Shown piece by piece: positions 29,832-40,648 of a DNA stretch of 64,000 bases (position 1 is the stretch's first letter; each line of letters begins with the position of its first letter). The translations under genes were made by a program, and so were the position numbers. The DNA comes from Candidatus Omnitrophota bacterium (GTDB lineage: Bacteria > Omnitrophota > Gorgyraeia > B26-G9). The notes under the pieces are model-generated. The model saw nothing but the letters and a program-made list of their open reading frames with translations. It had not been told where the DNA came from and did not search any database. The DNA lies in assembly GCA_043814605.1 (NCBI GenBank), contig JBDRJV010000010.1:1340-65339 (forward strand). Direction: 5' to 3'.

Positions 29832-32800
29832 GTGAAAAATTTTAATAGGAAAAAATTCAGTTTAGGGATTAAAATTATTGCCATTGTGCTTATTCAAGCA
29901 TTCTTGGTTTTAGATTTTGCTCAGGCGGCGCAAGGAGATTTTTCTTATCCTGCACAAAAGGAACAGCTGAGTACTTTGGCTCCGCAAATGCAGCTGGATG
30001 CGAAAGCTGTACAAAATATATTCACTACAGCTAATCAATCCCCTCAAAAAACACAGGATTTTGTGCAAACCAAACCTAAGGATTCTAATCCTCAAACTAA
30101 AGGATCTGGGCCTAGAAGAATTATAGCCAGTACAATATTATTTTTGTATTTAACGTTTCCATTTTTAAATACCCTGCCATTTTTTAATGCTTTGGTTTCA
30201 ATTGCTGCACCTGTTCAACAGACTCAGGCTGTGAGCATTACTGCCCCGGAAATGCCCCAAGAATTAGCACAATTAATTTCTAAAGTATCTATTGAAAAAC
30301 CTACAGATATCCAAGGAAGTCCAACTGAAGAGATTAAGGTAATTAAGACCAATATTTATGAAGGCAGGATGGAGTTTACCAATTTAAAGGCCAGAGAAAG
30401 AGTAGAACAAATTAATAAAGCTATAAATATAATTTGGCAGAAATATCCGCAATTGTGGCAATCAGATGATTATATTACAGAAAGAATCAAGGCTACGAAT
30501 AATTCTCCAGAATCAATTGCATTAGGGCATGCACTGCTTTTAGAGAAACTTATTAAGCATGAGAATGTAAAAGAGAAAAATGCTCTTTTATATATTGGTA
30601 ATGTTGATCAGGGAGTAGCGGAAACTCGGGGTTCACAACTGAGATGGTTTGGCAGGCCGCTCATAAAAATCAGTAAAGACTATATTGATAATCCATTCTG
30701 GATTGCATTTATGCTAGAGCATGAGAATATTCATGCTAAAGAAGGTATAATTCAAAGATTGATTCTTTATAATATTCTTAATTTTGCTAAATTCGTTTTT
30801 TCCTTTGCTATACCGGAAGAAAAAGAAGCTTATAAAGCAGAAGCAAGATTTACTAAGATTTTTGGCATAGAACCATTAGAAGAGGGGGGAATGTTTATTC
30901 ATGAATTAGATGTAATGCCACCATATTATCACCCAAAAACAGAAATTCTAATTAAGTTTTTAATTTTTAATTTTTTTACAACAATTTTACCTTTATATTT
31001 CATCGGGCGTTTAATTATAAGATATTTTCAAAATAGAACTGGTAACCAACGTAACACATATACAGAAAACAAGAGGGGTACTGGGTTAAGTTCAGGCGCA
31101 AGAAAAAGTTCACTAAATATTGGTTCTGGAAGAAGAAACGTAAGAAAAAACGTAAGAAAAAACCGTTATCGCTCACTTATATTACTTCCTTTTCTAAAAT
31201 TGTTTGAAGTTATTGACCCGGCAAACTCATTGGCTGCAGATTGGCTGAGTGATTTAACCTCAAATCCTTTGTTTGGTATTAATTTAGCAGGAGTTGTTTT
31301 TGGCATCGCAGCAATAATAATTATTATTACGCTTAGAAAAATAAGGGAATTAAGGGATTTAGATGATACTTTGCGATTTAATTTTAAGGGATTAGCTGAT
31401 TATTGGCATGAATTTGTCTTGAACAAATTGAAATTAATTAATGAAAATAAGATTATGGATAATTTAAAAAGGTATAAAGATAATCCAACTTTGGAAATCG
31501 TCCGGGGATTTATCTTAGAAACAATTACTAAATTTAAGGAAAATCGCCAGTTAATTCGTTATCATAATGAATTTCATATTAATGAAATGCTTGATTTTTT
31601 TGAAAAAATAACAATAAATAATAATTTTAAGTTTTTAAGAGGGAATAGATCGGAAACTTTAATCAAAGCCGCAATTTATATGCATGATGCCGGATATTTC
31701 AGAAAACTTAAAGAAAAAGAGTTTATCCGCATAGGCCATGAAGCAAAAAGTAATGAAATGTTCCGTGATTTTCAGGTTTACTTAAAGAATTTTATACTTG
31801 ATCCCATTGACCAAAATGATTTTCAATTATTTTCTCAACTGGAATTAAAGGCAATCGAACATATGGTAGATATGACTGCGCTTAAAACCGGGCAAGAAGA
31901 AAAAGAATTTGACCAGGAAGTCGCAGATTACACCCAGGCCTATAATCTATTAATGAAATATCAAAGCCCGGGAGCTATTAATCCTCAGGATTTAGAAACT
32001 TTAAAAAATAATAATTTCATCGTTAATAAATTTCAAGATAATGGAGTATTATTAGCAGACTTAAATAATCTTGAGCACCGCCAATTAATTCTGGATGCAA
32101 TCTTAGGCGGTGAAATATTAGCTATGGCAGATATTTATGGCCAGGATAAAAGTTATATTTTCCGTATTCCTTATCTGCAAAAGGAATTTAATGAAGACAG
32201 AAACCGGGGCGATCAAACCAGTCCAGCAGCAGAAACAATGCTTGAGCAGGTTGCCGGAAGTTATGGATTCCATCAGTTTGCTGAGAAAATAAAGCTGAAT
32301 AAATTAAAATTAATTTTACCTTATTTGAATTCGACTCCAGAATTAATTAAAGCCAGACAGGAAACATTAAAAATAAGCAGGAACATTGATGCCGCAATTA
32401 ATGAAATAAAATCAGGAGAATATATACAAGCGGATATTGATGTATTATTGGATTTTGTTAATCAAGGAAAAAAAGATTTTGGTTATGATCAGAATTTCAG
32501 CCAAGAGCTTTTTGATGAAATTAATGAATTTGTTCAAAAAGGGAAAAGGCAAAAAGAACAAGGTATTGTTCAAGATTTAAATTTTTTTCAGGCCGTAGAA
32601 AAGTCAGAACTATATCAGCTTATTGATCAAAAAGGAAAAGATCTTTTACTTAAAAGTTTAAAAGTTAAATTCGTTGATCCCCCTAAATCACCTGAAGAGG
32701 AACAAAACGGGGCAGGAATTATTATTAACCAGGGAGACTCGATTTCCCAGACCGGAGCGTATATTCTTTTATCCGGCTATGTAAAAGTTAAAAAAGATGG

Positions 32801-34925
32801 TTATCGAGTCAATACTTTAGTCCCCGGTGCTATTTTTGGGGAAATCGCGGTGATTAACGGATATGACCGGACTTCTACAGTACAAGTACCGCATAATGTA
32901 AAAGTGCCGGTAAATCTTGTAGAGATTCCTGCAGCAATATTAAAACAGCTTTATTCAGAAAATATCAGATTAAGAGAGTTTTTAGATAAAACGATTAATA
33001 CCAGATTACAGGAACTCGAAGAAATTGAAAAGTTTGATAAAACTAACCGGGAAATAAAAACAGATGAAATACTGAAAATTATATATGGACAAGATCATAT
33101 TATTAAAAGAAATGAAAATGCCCGAGAAATGGCGCAGCGTATAATAGATCGAGCTCCGGTATCAGAAGTTATGGAAAAACTGGAAAAGATATCACAAGGC
33201 CAAGCTCAGGAAATATCAAATGAGGAATTAAATTTAATAATCGCCTTATTGAATTCCCAAAATCCTTTGGGGCAAATTATTAATAAAGGGGAAAAAGGAG
33301 ATAAAATAGTTGCGTTACAGGTACCGGGGATATCTGAAACAAGTCTGGGAATTAAGCAATTAAATGATATTTTAAAGTATCAGTTGAATACACGTTTGAT
33401 TCAAATTAAAAGAGATATTATTCTTAAGTTAATGCAGGAGCAGGGATTAATTAATGATCAGCAGGGTAGAATTTATAGTACTTATAAAGAAGATGTTTTT
33501 TTAATTAACAAAAATATTCTGTTAACCCAAGCTAAACTTGAAGATTTACGCAAAGAATTTAGAAAAAGAATATTTGAGTTTATAAAAGAAAATTCTATCT
33601 TTAGGGATAGGCTTATTAGTAACAACATTACCCTTGAAGAAATAGCGCAGTTTCCCCTTGATTTTGGGGTAAGCGAAATAAAAGAAGCTTCTGCTCAAGG
33701 CCGGCTCTTAGCGGATATTAATGCGCATCAGGCAGTCACTATTTCTAAACTGAATAATTCTGCATTTTTTTCAGAACAAGATTATAAAAATGTAATTGCT
33801 AAAATTAATATTTTAAGAAATCAGCTTGTTTTTAAAACTTCAGTTTTTGACCAGGAAAATGGAGCCTATTTCTTGAAAAATAATATTAGTGATGCCTTAA
33901 GGAAAAATATGTTATGGAGCGGTCTTCCTCTAAACATTAAAGAGTATTTTAATAATTTAGAAGTTAATTATGATCTGGCCCGGGAATATTTTTCTTATTT
34001 AAATATCCATGATTACATAAAAAAATGGTCGATTGATGGTGATTTTGAATCGACTGCTGATGATGATGTTTTTGAATCGGCTTATGAAAGAGCAGAAAAG
34101 ATACTGGATATTACAAACCAACTTAAAACTATCCAAAAAAATCAAGATCCCAAGTTATTGTTTAGCCAGGCAAAGGAGTATTTAGAACGGGAAACCAAGG
34201 TCCAGGAGTTTACTTCAGCCCATGCTTTTTATAATTTTGGTTTAAAAGCTAAACATCCGGTTATAATCACACTGGATATTGAAAAAATGGGATTAATGAA
34301 TATAAAATCTTTTGAAATAGATTTGCAAAAAATCAGTAATGCTATTTCTGAAGGGGATCAGGAAAAACTGCAAATGCTTTGGATGAGTGCCGCTGATGAT
34401 GTGACTGAAAAGTTGGTTAAAACAATGCAAATCGTGAAAAAATTTATAATTAAAAAATTCGATTTAGAACAATATCAAATAGTCGAAGAAATGGGCGGGG
34501 ATGAATTCAGCTTAATTATTGATAAGAAAATTGAAACTCAAGAGTTAGCGCATTTGCTGAATGTTATTAAAAATTATGTGAGTCAGGAAATGGATATTGG
34601 GGTTCGCATGGCGGCAACGCAAGCCATAGAACAATTGCGGAAAGATTTTGAAAATAGAGGCAAAATACGGGATCCTTTAGCCTTTGCTGTAGGAATGAAT
34701 ACTTCCGATGAAATGATTGAGATAATTAAACAAAATTATGAAAATAATGGAGAGTATGATAAAGTAATTATTCAGAATGAAAAAGGCGACATGATTATAT
34801 ATGAAAACGTACTATTAGAACAGCCTGTAACAACAGTAGATTTAGATATCCTTGAAGCAATTATTGGGGACATGCACCCCAATGACATATTAAAAGATTT
34901 GGATTTAGTGGGCCAGGCTATTTAA
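29832..34925 (+). CDS. Large multidomain protein: signal, HExxH, TMs, HD-like domain, cNMP-binding domain, GGDEF-like domain; C-terminal QAI
   Basis: LEHENIH; YHNEFH..MHDAGY..GHE..ADI; IINQGD..YILLSG.V.V..FGEIA....RTSTV; TLDIEKM...MGGDEF. Confidence 0.75.
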   Translation: MKNFNRKKFSLGIKIIAIVLIQAFLVLDFAQAAQGDFSYPAQKEQLSTLAPQMQLDAKAVQNIFTTANQSPQKTQDFVQTKPKDSNPQTKGSGPRRIIASTILFLYLTFPFLNTLPFFNALVSIAAPVQQTQAVSITAPEMPQELAQLISKVSIEKPTDIQGSPTEEIKVIKTNIYEGRMEFTNLKARERVEQINKAINIIWQKYPQLWQSDDYITERIKATNNSPESIALGHALLLEKLIKHENVKEKNALLYIGNVDQGVAETRGSQLRWFGRPLIKISKDYIDNPFWIAFMLEHENIHAKEGIIQRLILYNILNFAKFVFSFAIPEEKEAYKAEARFTKIFGIEPLEEGGMFIHELDVMPPYYHPKTEILIKFLIFNFFTTILPLYFIGRLIIRYFQNRTGNQRNTYTENKRGTGLSSGARKSSLNIGSGRRNVRKNVRKNRYRSLILLPFLKLFEVIDPANSLAADWLSDLTSNPLFGINLAGVVFGIAAIIIIITLRKIRELRDLDDTLRFNFKGLADYWHEFVLNKLKLINENKIMDNLKRYKDNPTLEIVRGFILETITKFKENRQLIRYHNEFHINEMLDFFEKITINNNFKFLRGNRSETLIKAAIYMHDAGYFRKLKEKEFIRIGHEAKSNEMFRDFQVYLKNFILDPIDQNDFQLFSQLELKAIEHMVDMTALKTGQEEKEFDQEVADYTQAYNLLMKYQSPGAINPQDLETLKNNNFIVNKFQDNGVLLADLNNLEHRQLILDAILGGEILAMADIYGQDKSYIFRIPYLQKEFNEDRNRGDQTSPAAETMLEQVAGSYGFHQFAEKIKLNKLKLILPYLNSTPELIKARQETLKISRNIDAAINEIKSGEYIQADIDVLLDFVNQGKKDFGYDQNFSQELFDEINEFVQKGKRQKEQGIVQDLNFFQAVEKSELYQLIDQKGKDLLLKSLKVKFVDPPKSPEEEQNGAGIIINQGDSISQTGAYILLSGYVKVKKDGYRVNTLVPGAIFGEIAVINGYDRTSTVQVPHNVKVPVNLVEIPAAILKQLYSENIRLREFLDKTINTRLQELEEIEKFDKTNREIKTDEILKIIYGQDHIIKRNENAREMAQRIIDRAPVSEVMEKLEKISQGQAQEISNEELNLIIALLNSQNPLGQIINKGEKGDKIVALQVPGISETSLGIKQLNDILKYQLNTRLIQIKRDIILKLMQEQGLINDQQGRIYSTYKEDVFLINKNILLTQAKLEDLRKEFRKRIFEFIKENSIFRDRLISNNITLEEIAQFPLDFGVSEIKEASAQGRLLADINAHQAVTISKLNNSAFFSEQDYKNVIAKINILRNQLVFKTSVFDQENGAYFLKNNISDALRKNMLWSGLPLNIKEYFNNLEVNYDLAREYFSYLNIHDYIKKWSIDGDFESTADDDVFESAYERAEKILDITNQLKTIQKNQDPKLLFSQAKEYLERETKVQEFTSAHAFYNFGLKAKHPVIITLDIEKMGLMNIKSFEIDLQKISNAISEGDQEKLQMLWMSAADDVTEKLVKTMQIVKKFIIKKFDLEQYQIVEEMGGDEFSLIIDKKIETQELAHLLNVIKNYVSQEMDIGVRMAATQAIEQLRKDFENRGKIRDPLAFAVGMNTSDEMIEIIKQNYENNGEYDKVIIQNEKGDMIIYENVLLEQPVTTVDLDILEAIIGDMHPNDILKDLDLVGQAI

Positions 34926-34990
34926 GCGATAAAAAACATTTTAATCGAAAGTTATTTTTTGTAACTATAATAGAATAAATAAGTTAAGTT

Positions 34991-35025
34991 AATGATAATT
35001 TTTTAAAAAATTATCATTTTTTTTT
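34991..35025 (+). terminator. AT-rich palindrome plus T tract, probable terminator
   Basis: aatgataatttttt/aaaaaattatcatt followed by T run. Confidence 0.5.
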
Positions 35026-35160
35026 GTAAAAATATAATTTATATGGTATACTTTATAATCCTTTTTATTAAGTAGGCGGGTAAAATAGTATAAGTTATTA
35101 ATTTACAGGTAATAAAAGACTAATACTTCATTAGTAAAATTAAAAACATAAATTTAAAAA

Positions 35161-37719
35161 ATGAAGCCAAAAAACACAAAATTTCAAAAAATAATTGCAT
35201 TTTTATTAATGCAGACATTTCTAATCATAACTTGTTTGCCAGTGCCGGGATATGCGGGGAAGAATACTCAAGAAAAAAAGGTAAATCAGGTTAATTTAGA
35301 TAATCTTTCTCCCGTGCTTGGCTTAAATAGTGAAACAATAACAAATGTATTCAAACAAATTTCTCTTGAGCAGCGAGATAAAACAAAGGATATCATAACA
35401 AAAGGTGCATTAAGGCCATTGTTTTTAAGAGAAGATAATTTATTGATTTATGATAAGGCAAGTAAACAAGCAATGCTGGGGTTTTTTTTGGGTAAGGGAG
35501 TGGTCTTATTAAGAAAGATTTCTCTAAAATATTATAAGCCGGCAGTCAGAAGAATTGATGGATGTGCTTTGATAACTTTAAAAACAGAAAAAGGAATAGG
35601 ACTAATCCACTTTTTCCCGGATAATACTTTTAAAAGAGTTAATCATGTTATAAAGGCTCTGGTAAAAGAGCTAAAACAGCAAATAAATGCAGATTCTCAT
35701 GCAAAGGTTGAAATAATTTTTTCTAAGCTAACTTTTGAAAACAATGACGTAAGTTATGCGCCTTTTGAACAAACACTGATTCAGGGGTTTAAAAGAGAGT
35801 TAGGCATCAAGGATATTAAAATAATAATTGAAGATGGAATAATCGGCAATCTCGAATTTGATATGGAGCAGGAAAAATGGGATTATGGAATAGCTGAGAT
35901 TAAAGTAAAACAGAAGAAGTTTTTTTATAACCGTAATTTATTAATAAAATTAAAGGCTATATTAAAAATAATTAATGATATTTATGAAAAAATAGTATAT
36001 TTTCCCGCTCTATTTATAAGATCTAAAGATGAAAAAAGATCATCAGCTCTAAAACCGTTATTACTTGTTACGAAAGGCTCATATGATGAGCCCTCAATCA
36101 GGCGTAGCTATAGTGATTTAAATAATATTACTTTTCGGGGAAAAATTGATGAAGTTATTTTACAATTTGCAAAAAAATATCCCGGCCGGAAAAATAAGAT
36201 AAATATTCTGCTTATCGGCGGAGGAAGATTGCAGGATGAACAGCTTAAAGTGCATATCGAGGCTGATTTAAAGATCCCAAAGAACAAGGTGAATGTATTT
36301 TCATACGCAAATGAAAACTTAGCTTTAATGAGAGATAAAAATCAGTTAACGATTGGCGATATTGATAATGGGTTGCCATATAATAGTGATTTTTTTCATC
36401 TGGCTATTGTTTCTGATGTTGTCGCTCCTTATTTTAAGAATAAATTTGCAGCCTTAAGACAGATACAAAGGACATTAACTAATGACGGAAAAGCTTTTGT
36501 TGCTGATTTTGGATTATTTTCATTCGTGGATAAACGGGGGAAATTCCATAATCTAAATCTCCTAATGTTTAAAACAATCAGTCAAAATAAATATGAAAGA
36601 GATGATGGTAAAGATTCAGTCATCTTAAGAAATATAATATTTGGTAAAACTCCCCGGATTCCTGAGTTTAAATTAAAAGAACCTATCCCGTTTAAGTTCG
36701 GAAAAGCTCTAAAATATGAAAGCAGATATGAATGGAATCAAACACTGGCTGATTTATTAGATAAAATATCCAGCCAAAATAGATTTTTTTCATTTTTTAC
36801 ATTTAGTATATCTATCTTTAGCTTTTCATTTTGGGGAAAAGAAATAAACATTAATATTCCCGCAGGATATATTTATACTGGCCTGGGATTTTTTATTGCT
36901 GCGCTTGCTTTTAAATTTCTCCCTAAAATCATAATAGGTATTAACTCAATAAAAAATTCTTTTAATCCGCAAAGAAGGGAAATGCTTGAGAAAATTTTTA
37001 ACCCTTATTTATTATTAGGAATAATGCTTATTCCTTTTATCAGTTTAAAAGGGGATTCTAATTTACAACATACAACCAGGTCTTTAGTTGTAACTCTTTT
37101 ACTCAAAATAGCATTAACGCGAGAAACTTCTGATGATGTTTTTGAACGTGATAAGCTGATTATTAATTTAACCTATACCCAGGCATGGCTGGTTTTTGAT
37201 GAAATAAATAATAAAGAAATCGCGGGGATTGCTTGTGATATTTATACAAAAGCGGCAAATGCAGTTTTAACTGTAAGAGATGGATATTATCCGGAAACTG
37301 ACTTTTATGATTATCAGTTATTTAGAGTTATTGCGGCAAAAATTAATGGCGAAGACTGGGTTTCTCTAATGCAGGAGTTTGCGGATGAAAATAATAAAAA
37401 CAAAAAAAGACCTATGCAAAATGAAGATGCGCAAGATGGTGATACAGGAATTATCATTGCTGCGGGTATTGGCTGGAATAATAATGGGAAAATTCCTCTT
37501 AATGCTTATAAACGTAAGGTGCAACCAATTTCTAAATACCCAGTCCTGAAAGAATATTTTGATGAAAATAGCCAAACAGTTCAAAATTCTGTTCCGGAAG
37601 GAAGGGAAAAACCCGAAAAATTACAGGCAAATTTACCTTATATCGTTAATATATCAAAGGCAGGAAAAGCATTATTGCAAACAATAGAAAAACACAGTTT
37701 AATTGAACAATCAATTTAA
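35161..37719 (+). CDS. Multidomain protein: signal, possible CheD/CNF1-like deamidase motif, class I SAM-methyltransferase-like domain, TMs; C-terminal QSI
   Basis: IDGCALITLKTEKGIGLIHF; ILLIGGG...GDIDNGLPY.SDFFHL...ALRQIQRTL..DGKAFV.D. Confidence 0.6.
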   Translation: MKPKNTKFQKIIAFLLMQTFLIITCLPVPGYAGKNTQEKKVNQVNLDNLSPVLGLNSETITNVFKQISLEQRDKTKDIITKGALRPLFLREDNLLIYDKASKQAMLGFFLGKGVVLLRKISLKYYKPAVRRIDGCALITLKTEKGIGLIHFFPDNTFKRVNHVIKALVKELKQQINADSHAKVEIIFSKLTFENNDVSYAPFEQTLIQGFKRELGIKDIKIIIEDGIIGNLEFDMEQEKWDYGIAEIKVKQKKFFYNRNLLIKLKAILKIINDIYEKIVYFPALFIRSKDEKRSSALKPLLLVTKGSYDEPSIRRSYSDLNNITFRGKIDEVILQFAKKYPGRKNKINILLIGGGRLQDEQLKVHIEADLKIPKNKVNVFSYANENLALMRDKNQLTIGDIDNGLPYNSDFFHLAIVSDVVAPYFKNKFAALRQIQRTLTNDGKAFVADFGLFSFVDKRGKFHNLNLLMFKTISQNKYERDDGKDSVILRNIIFGKTPRIPEFKLKEPIPFKFGKALKYESRYEWNQTLADLLDKISSQNRFFSFFTFSISIFSFSFWGKEININIPAGYIYTGLGFFIAALAFKFLPKIIIGINSIKNSFNPQRREMLEKIFNPYLLLGIMLIPFISLKGDSNLQHTTRSLVVTLLLKIALTRETSDDVFERDKLIINLTYTQAWLVFDEINNKEIAGIACDIYTKAANAVLTVRDGYYPETDFYDYQLFRVIAAKINGEDWVSLMQEFADENNKNKKRPMQNEDAQDGDTGIIIAAGIGWNNNGKIPLNAYKRKVQPISKYPVLKEYFDENSQTVQNSVPEGREKPEKLQANLPYIVNISKAGKALLQTIEKHSLIEQSI

Positions 37720-38071
37720 AAATAACTCTTTCCCGGCATTCTTTAATTACATAAAGAACATATTCAACCCCCCCCTAGAAACAGTAGATTTTAAACTTAT
37801 TTTGCTTTTTTAATAGCTTTTTTACTAATTCTCCGATACAAAAGAAAAAAAATTTCTCACTCCCCTTGCAGAATTAAAAATTATGTGATACACTTAAAAA
37901 GTCTTTTTAAAGTTGTTTAAAAATTGTTCGCTCTTTAAATTAAATATCTTTAGAAGAAAGTTTAAAAAGAAACTTAGAAACTCTTCTAAAAACGCATATT
38001 AGGGGTATGCGCAGTTTTACCTAAATTGCAGTTTAAATAGTTGAATAGCAATTAGAAAGAAAGGTGAAATT

Positions 38072-40546
38072 ATGAAGCAAACCTCTAAATCAAAATGGAT
38101 TTATTTGCGGATAATTAGTTTAGTCTTAATCCAGGCATTTTTTTGTCTTAATATTAGTTATTCCTTTTCCCCAAAGCTTTCCTCATATAAGAATCAAAAA
38201 CAAACGGAAGTGGCAACTTTATCCCCGCAAATTTGTATCAGTATTGAATCATTTCAGTATAACTATTCTAACTATCACAAGTATTTTAATCAATCCGGGA
38301 ATAATCAAACAGATTTTACTAATCCGGATCATGATCAGCAGATTTCCATTATTGATTTTTATGAACAGATTAACCCTGATGAAGCAGGTAAAAAGGATCC
38401 TGGAAGTACGCAAATTTATCATCTCTCCTGGAGAACAATTAGCTTAGCATTAGCAGGTTCTTTTATTGCTGCGGTGGAGTTTTTTTCTTTCTTGCAGGTT
38501 TTAGGCTTAACAGGGCAAATTACGTTACTAACACTTGCCGGTCCGTATTTTGCCGCATTATTTATGGGAAGCTTGATTTCTGTATTGTGTGGGATCGGGT
38601 TCAGAGGAATAGGGTACTCTCTGGCTGCTGCTAGGCAAGGATTAAAGGGTAAAAATCATGTAAACCAAAAAGGAGTATTTTTAAAAATTCCTGGTTTAGT
38701 AAATCAGGAACAACGCAAACAAATTATGGAAAATGGGAAAAAGGTACATAATACGTCAACTTTTACATTAATCAGTGCGATGCTGGCTTTAATTATTATT
38801 CCAGTACAAATTGAACTGGCTGCTTTTGTCATTATCCCTATGGTTGTAAATATTATATTATATTTAGCCAAGTCCATAAATACAGAGATTCAATATCAAG
38901 AAAAGACTAAGTTTAATAAGATCTATTGTACCTGGCAAACTTTAATTCAGGCGTTTATTGTACCGTTTATGTACTTACGTATTGAAACAGTTCTTAAAGC
39001 TTTTGCGCAATCGCCAACTATAACCGGTCTAATCAGTGCTTTAACAATCCCGGTAAGTTTGCTAAGTATTGGCGGGTTTGCCGGGATTGGTTTTCTAATT
39101 GTGGTAATTGCTTTAATAATGCATGAGATGGGGCATAATAGCGTTGCGCAGAGTTTAAAAGTTGAAAGATCTTTTGGTATTGATAAAAAGGGAATATCTA
39201 TGGAATTAAGTAAAGAGCTGGAGCTGGAAAAAATCAGGATGATTGTACAAAGAGGAATTTATAATAATAAATGGTTTATTTCATTAGGTATGCAGTTTTT
39301 CTGGTTCATTTTTTTTGGGATAATTGCTTGTTTGTCAAGTATCCAAATTTTTATAGTTATCCCGCTGATTATTGGAAAAGTAAATAAAATCTTTTCTGAA
39401 ACTGAGGAAGATGAGTTATTTTTAGAGAAAACCAAGGGAAAAAATGTTTTTGAAATATTAAGAGAAGTAAAAGATTTTGTTTCAGTGTTAGCAAAATCTA
39501 TAAAGAAAGAGGAAAAGCCGGCAATAATACTGCTTGGCGGTTATTTTGCCGTAGGTAAAAATGAACTTTTTGAACTGATAAATAAAACTTTAAAGGGAAG
39601 TAAAATGTTCAATAAGAAAATCCGTATTATATCCATAGACCGGTTATTAAAGACAGAATCTAAAAGAGAAAAGAATTTATCCTATCCTTATAATACCTAT
39701 GAATATGAAAAATATATCAAAATGGTGGAGGATTTTTCTGAGGGGAAACCGATTTATTTGCCATTTTACCTGCATATTTTTTCAAAGAGATTGTTAATTA
39801 GTAAAGAAATAATTCAAGCATTAATTAAAGAAAAAGGTGTAATTTTAAGTGATTTTGATGGTGTTAAAATGATAAAGCTGGATAAGGCTAAGAAAAATTT
39901 GCCAGTGAAGAATTTTGTAAGTTCTCAGCGATTAGAAAGGATAAAAAAACAAATAAAATCAAAAAGGCAGAAACCGGAAAAATATCTCCAAATTTTTAAG
40001 GTTTTAAGTGAAAAGCCATTGAGCAGTTTTTTAGTTAATAGCGCTAATGATATCTATGTAAGAATTAATAATGATGGGACAGGGGAAATTGTTGAGCAAA
40101 TCCGGCCGGAAAAAGAAGCGATTCATGTTTTTGAGTTTGAACAGGCATTGACATCTCCCCGGGCAAGAAACAAGGCAAAGAAAACACTGGTAGTCATGGC
40201 TTCTCAGAAAAAACGGCAGGAATATTTCATGAAAAGGTGGAGAAACGGGTTAAGATACCTTCATCTGAGTGAGCAGGAGATAGTGGAAAAGTTTAATAAT
40301 TTCATAAAAAGAGAGAATAATGATTTTGAATTTAAAAACGGGCTCTTAAAAGCACAACTAATTTTAAATACGGAAGTGCCGATAGCTGAGCAATTGCAGA
40401 AAAAAAAGAAAATTAATCATAAAATTGATGAAGAAAAAAAACAAAAACTTATTAATAAACTAAGTCAAACATTAAGCTGCTTAAAAAGTTTAAAGATATC
40501 AAAAGAAAAATCACCAATTTTTCAAACTATTCAAATAGCTATTTAA
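38072..40546 (+). CDS. Multidomain membrane protein: signal, many TMs with intramembrane HExxH (M50-like), P-loop kinase (uridine/PanK-like); C-terminal IAI
   Basis: IMHEMGH at the end of a TM; LLGGYFAVGK.E, IISIDR, GKPIYLPFY. Confidence 0.6.
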   Translation: MKQTSKSKWIYLRIISLVLIQAFFCLNISYSFSPKLSSYKNQKQTEVATLSPQICISIESFQYNYSNYHKYFNQSGNNQTDFTNPDHDQQISIIDFYEQINPDEAGKKDPGSTQIYHLSWRTISLALAGSFIAAVEFFSFLQVLGLTGQITLLTLAGPYFAALFMGSLISVLCGIGFRGIGYSLAAARQGLKGKNHVNQKGVFLKIPGLVNQEQRKQIMENGKKVHNTSTFTLISAMLALIIIPVQIELAAFVIIPMVVNIILYLAKSINTEIQYQEKTKFNKIYCTWQTLIQAFIVPFMYLRIETVLKAFAQSPTITGLISALTIPVSLLSIGGFAGIGFLIVVIALIMHEMGHNSVAQSLKVERSFGIDKKGISMELSKELELEKIRMIVQRGIYNNKWFISLGMQFFWFIFFGIIACLSSIQIFIVIPLIIGKVNKIFSETEEDELFLEKTKGKNVFEILREVKDFVSVLAKSIKKEEKPAIILLGGYFAVGKNELFELINKTLKGSKMFNKKIRIISIDRLLKTESKREKNLSYPYNTYEYEKYIKMVEDFSEGKPIYLPFYLHIFSKRLLISKEIIQALIKEKGVILSDFDGVKMIKLDKAKKNLPVKNFVSSQRLERIKKQIKSKRQKPEKYLQIFKVLSEKPLSSFLVNSANDIYVRINNDGTGEIVEQIRPEKEAIHVFEFEQALTSPRARNKAKKTLVVMASQKKRQEYFMKRWRNGLRYLHLSEQEIVEKFNNFIKRENNDFEFKNGLLKAQLILNTEVPIAEQLQKKKKINHKIDEEKKQKLINKLSQTLSCLKSLKISKEKSPIFQTIQIAI

Positions 40547-40648
40547 AATTAAAAAATATAAGAGTTATTATTTATCTTGCCTATCTATTTTTCTATTGTT
40601 AAAATAAAACTGAGGATATATCATTTTTAATGAAACAAATAGTAATCT

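Noticed and set aside
31133-31163. 12-bp tandem repeat encoding RNVRKNVRKNR
   Set aside because: Two to three in-frame copies in a low-complexity basic linker; simple slippage is sufficient.
31558-34520. Cas10-like (HD plus two palm domains) interpretation of the 1697-aa protein
   Set aside because: It has a signal peptide, TMs, a cNMP domain and GGDEF rather than GGDD; no zinc finger, cas genes or array nearby.
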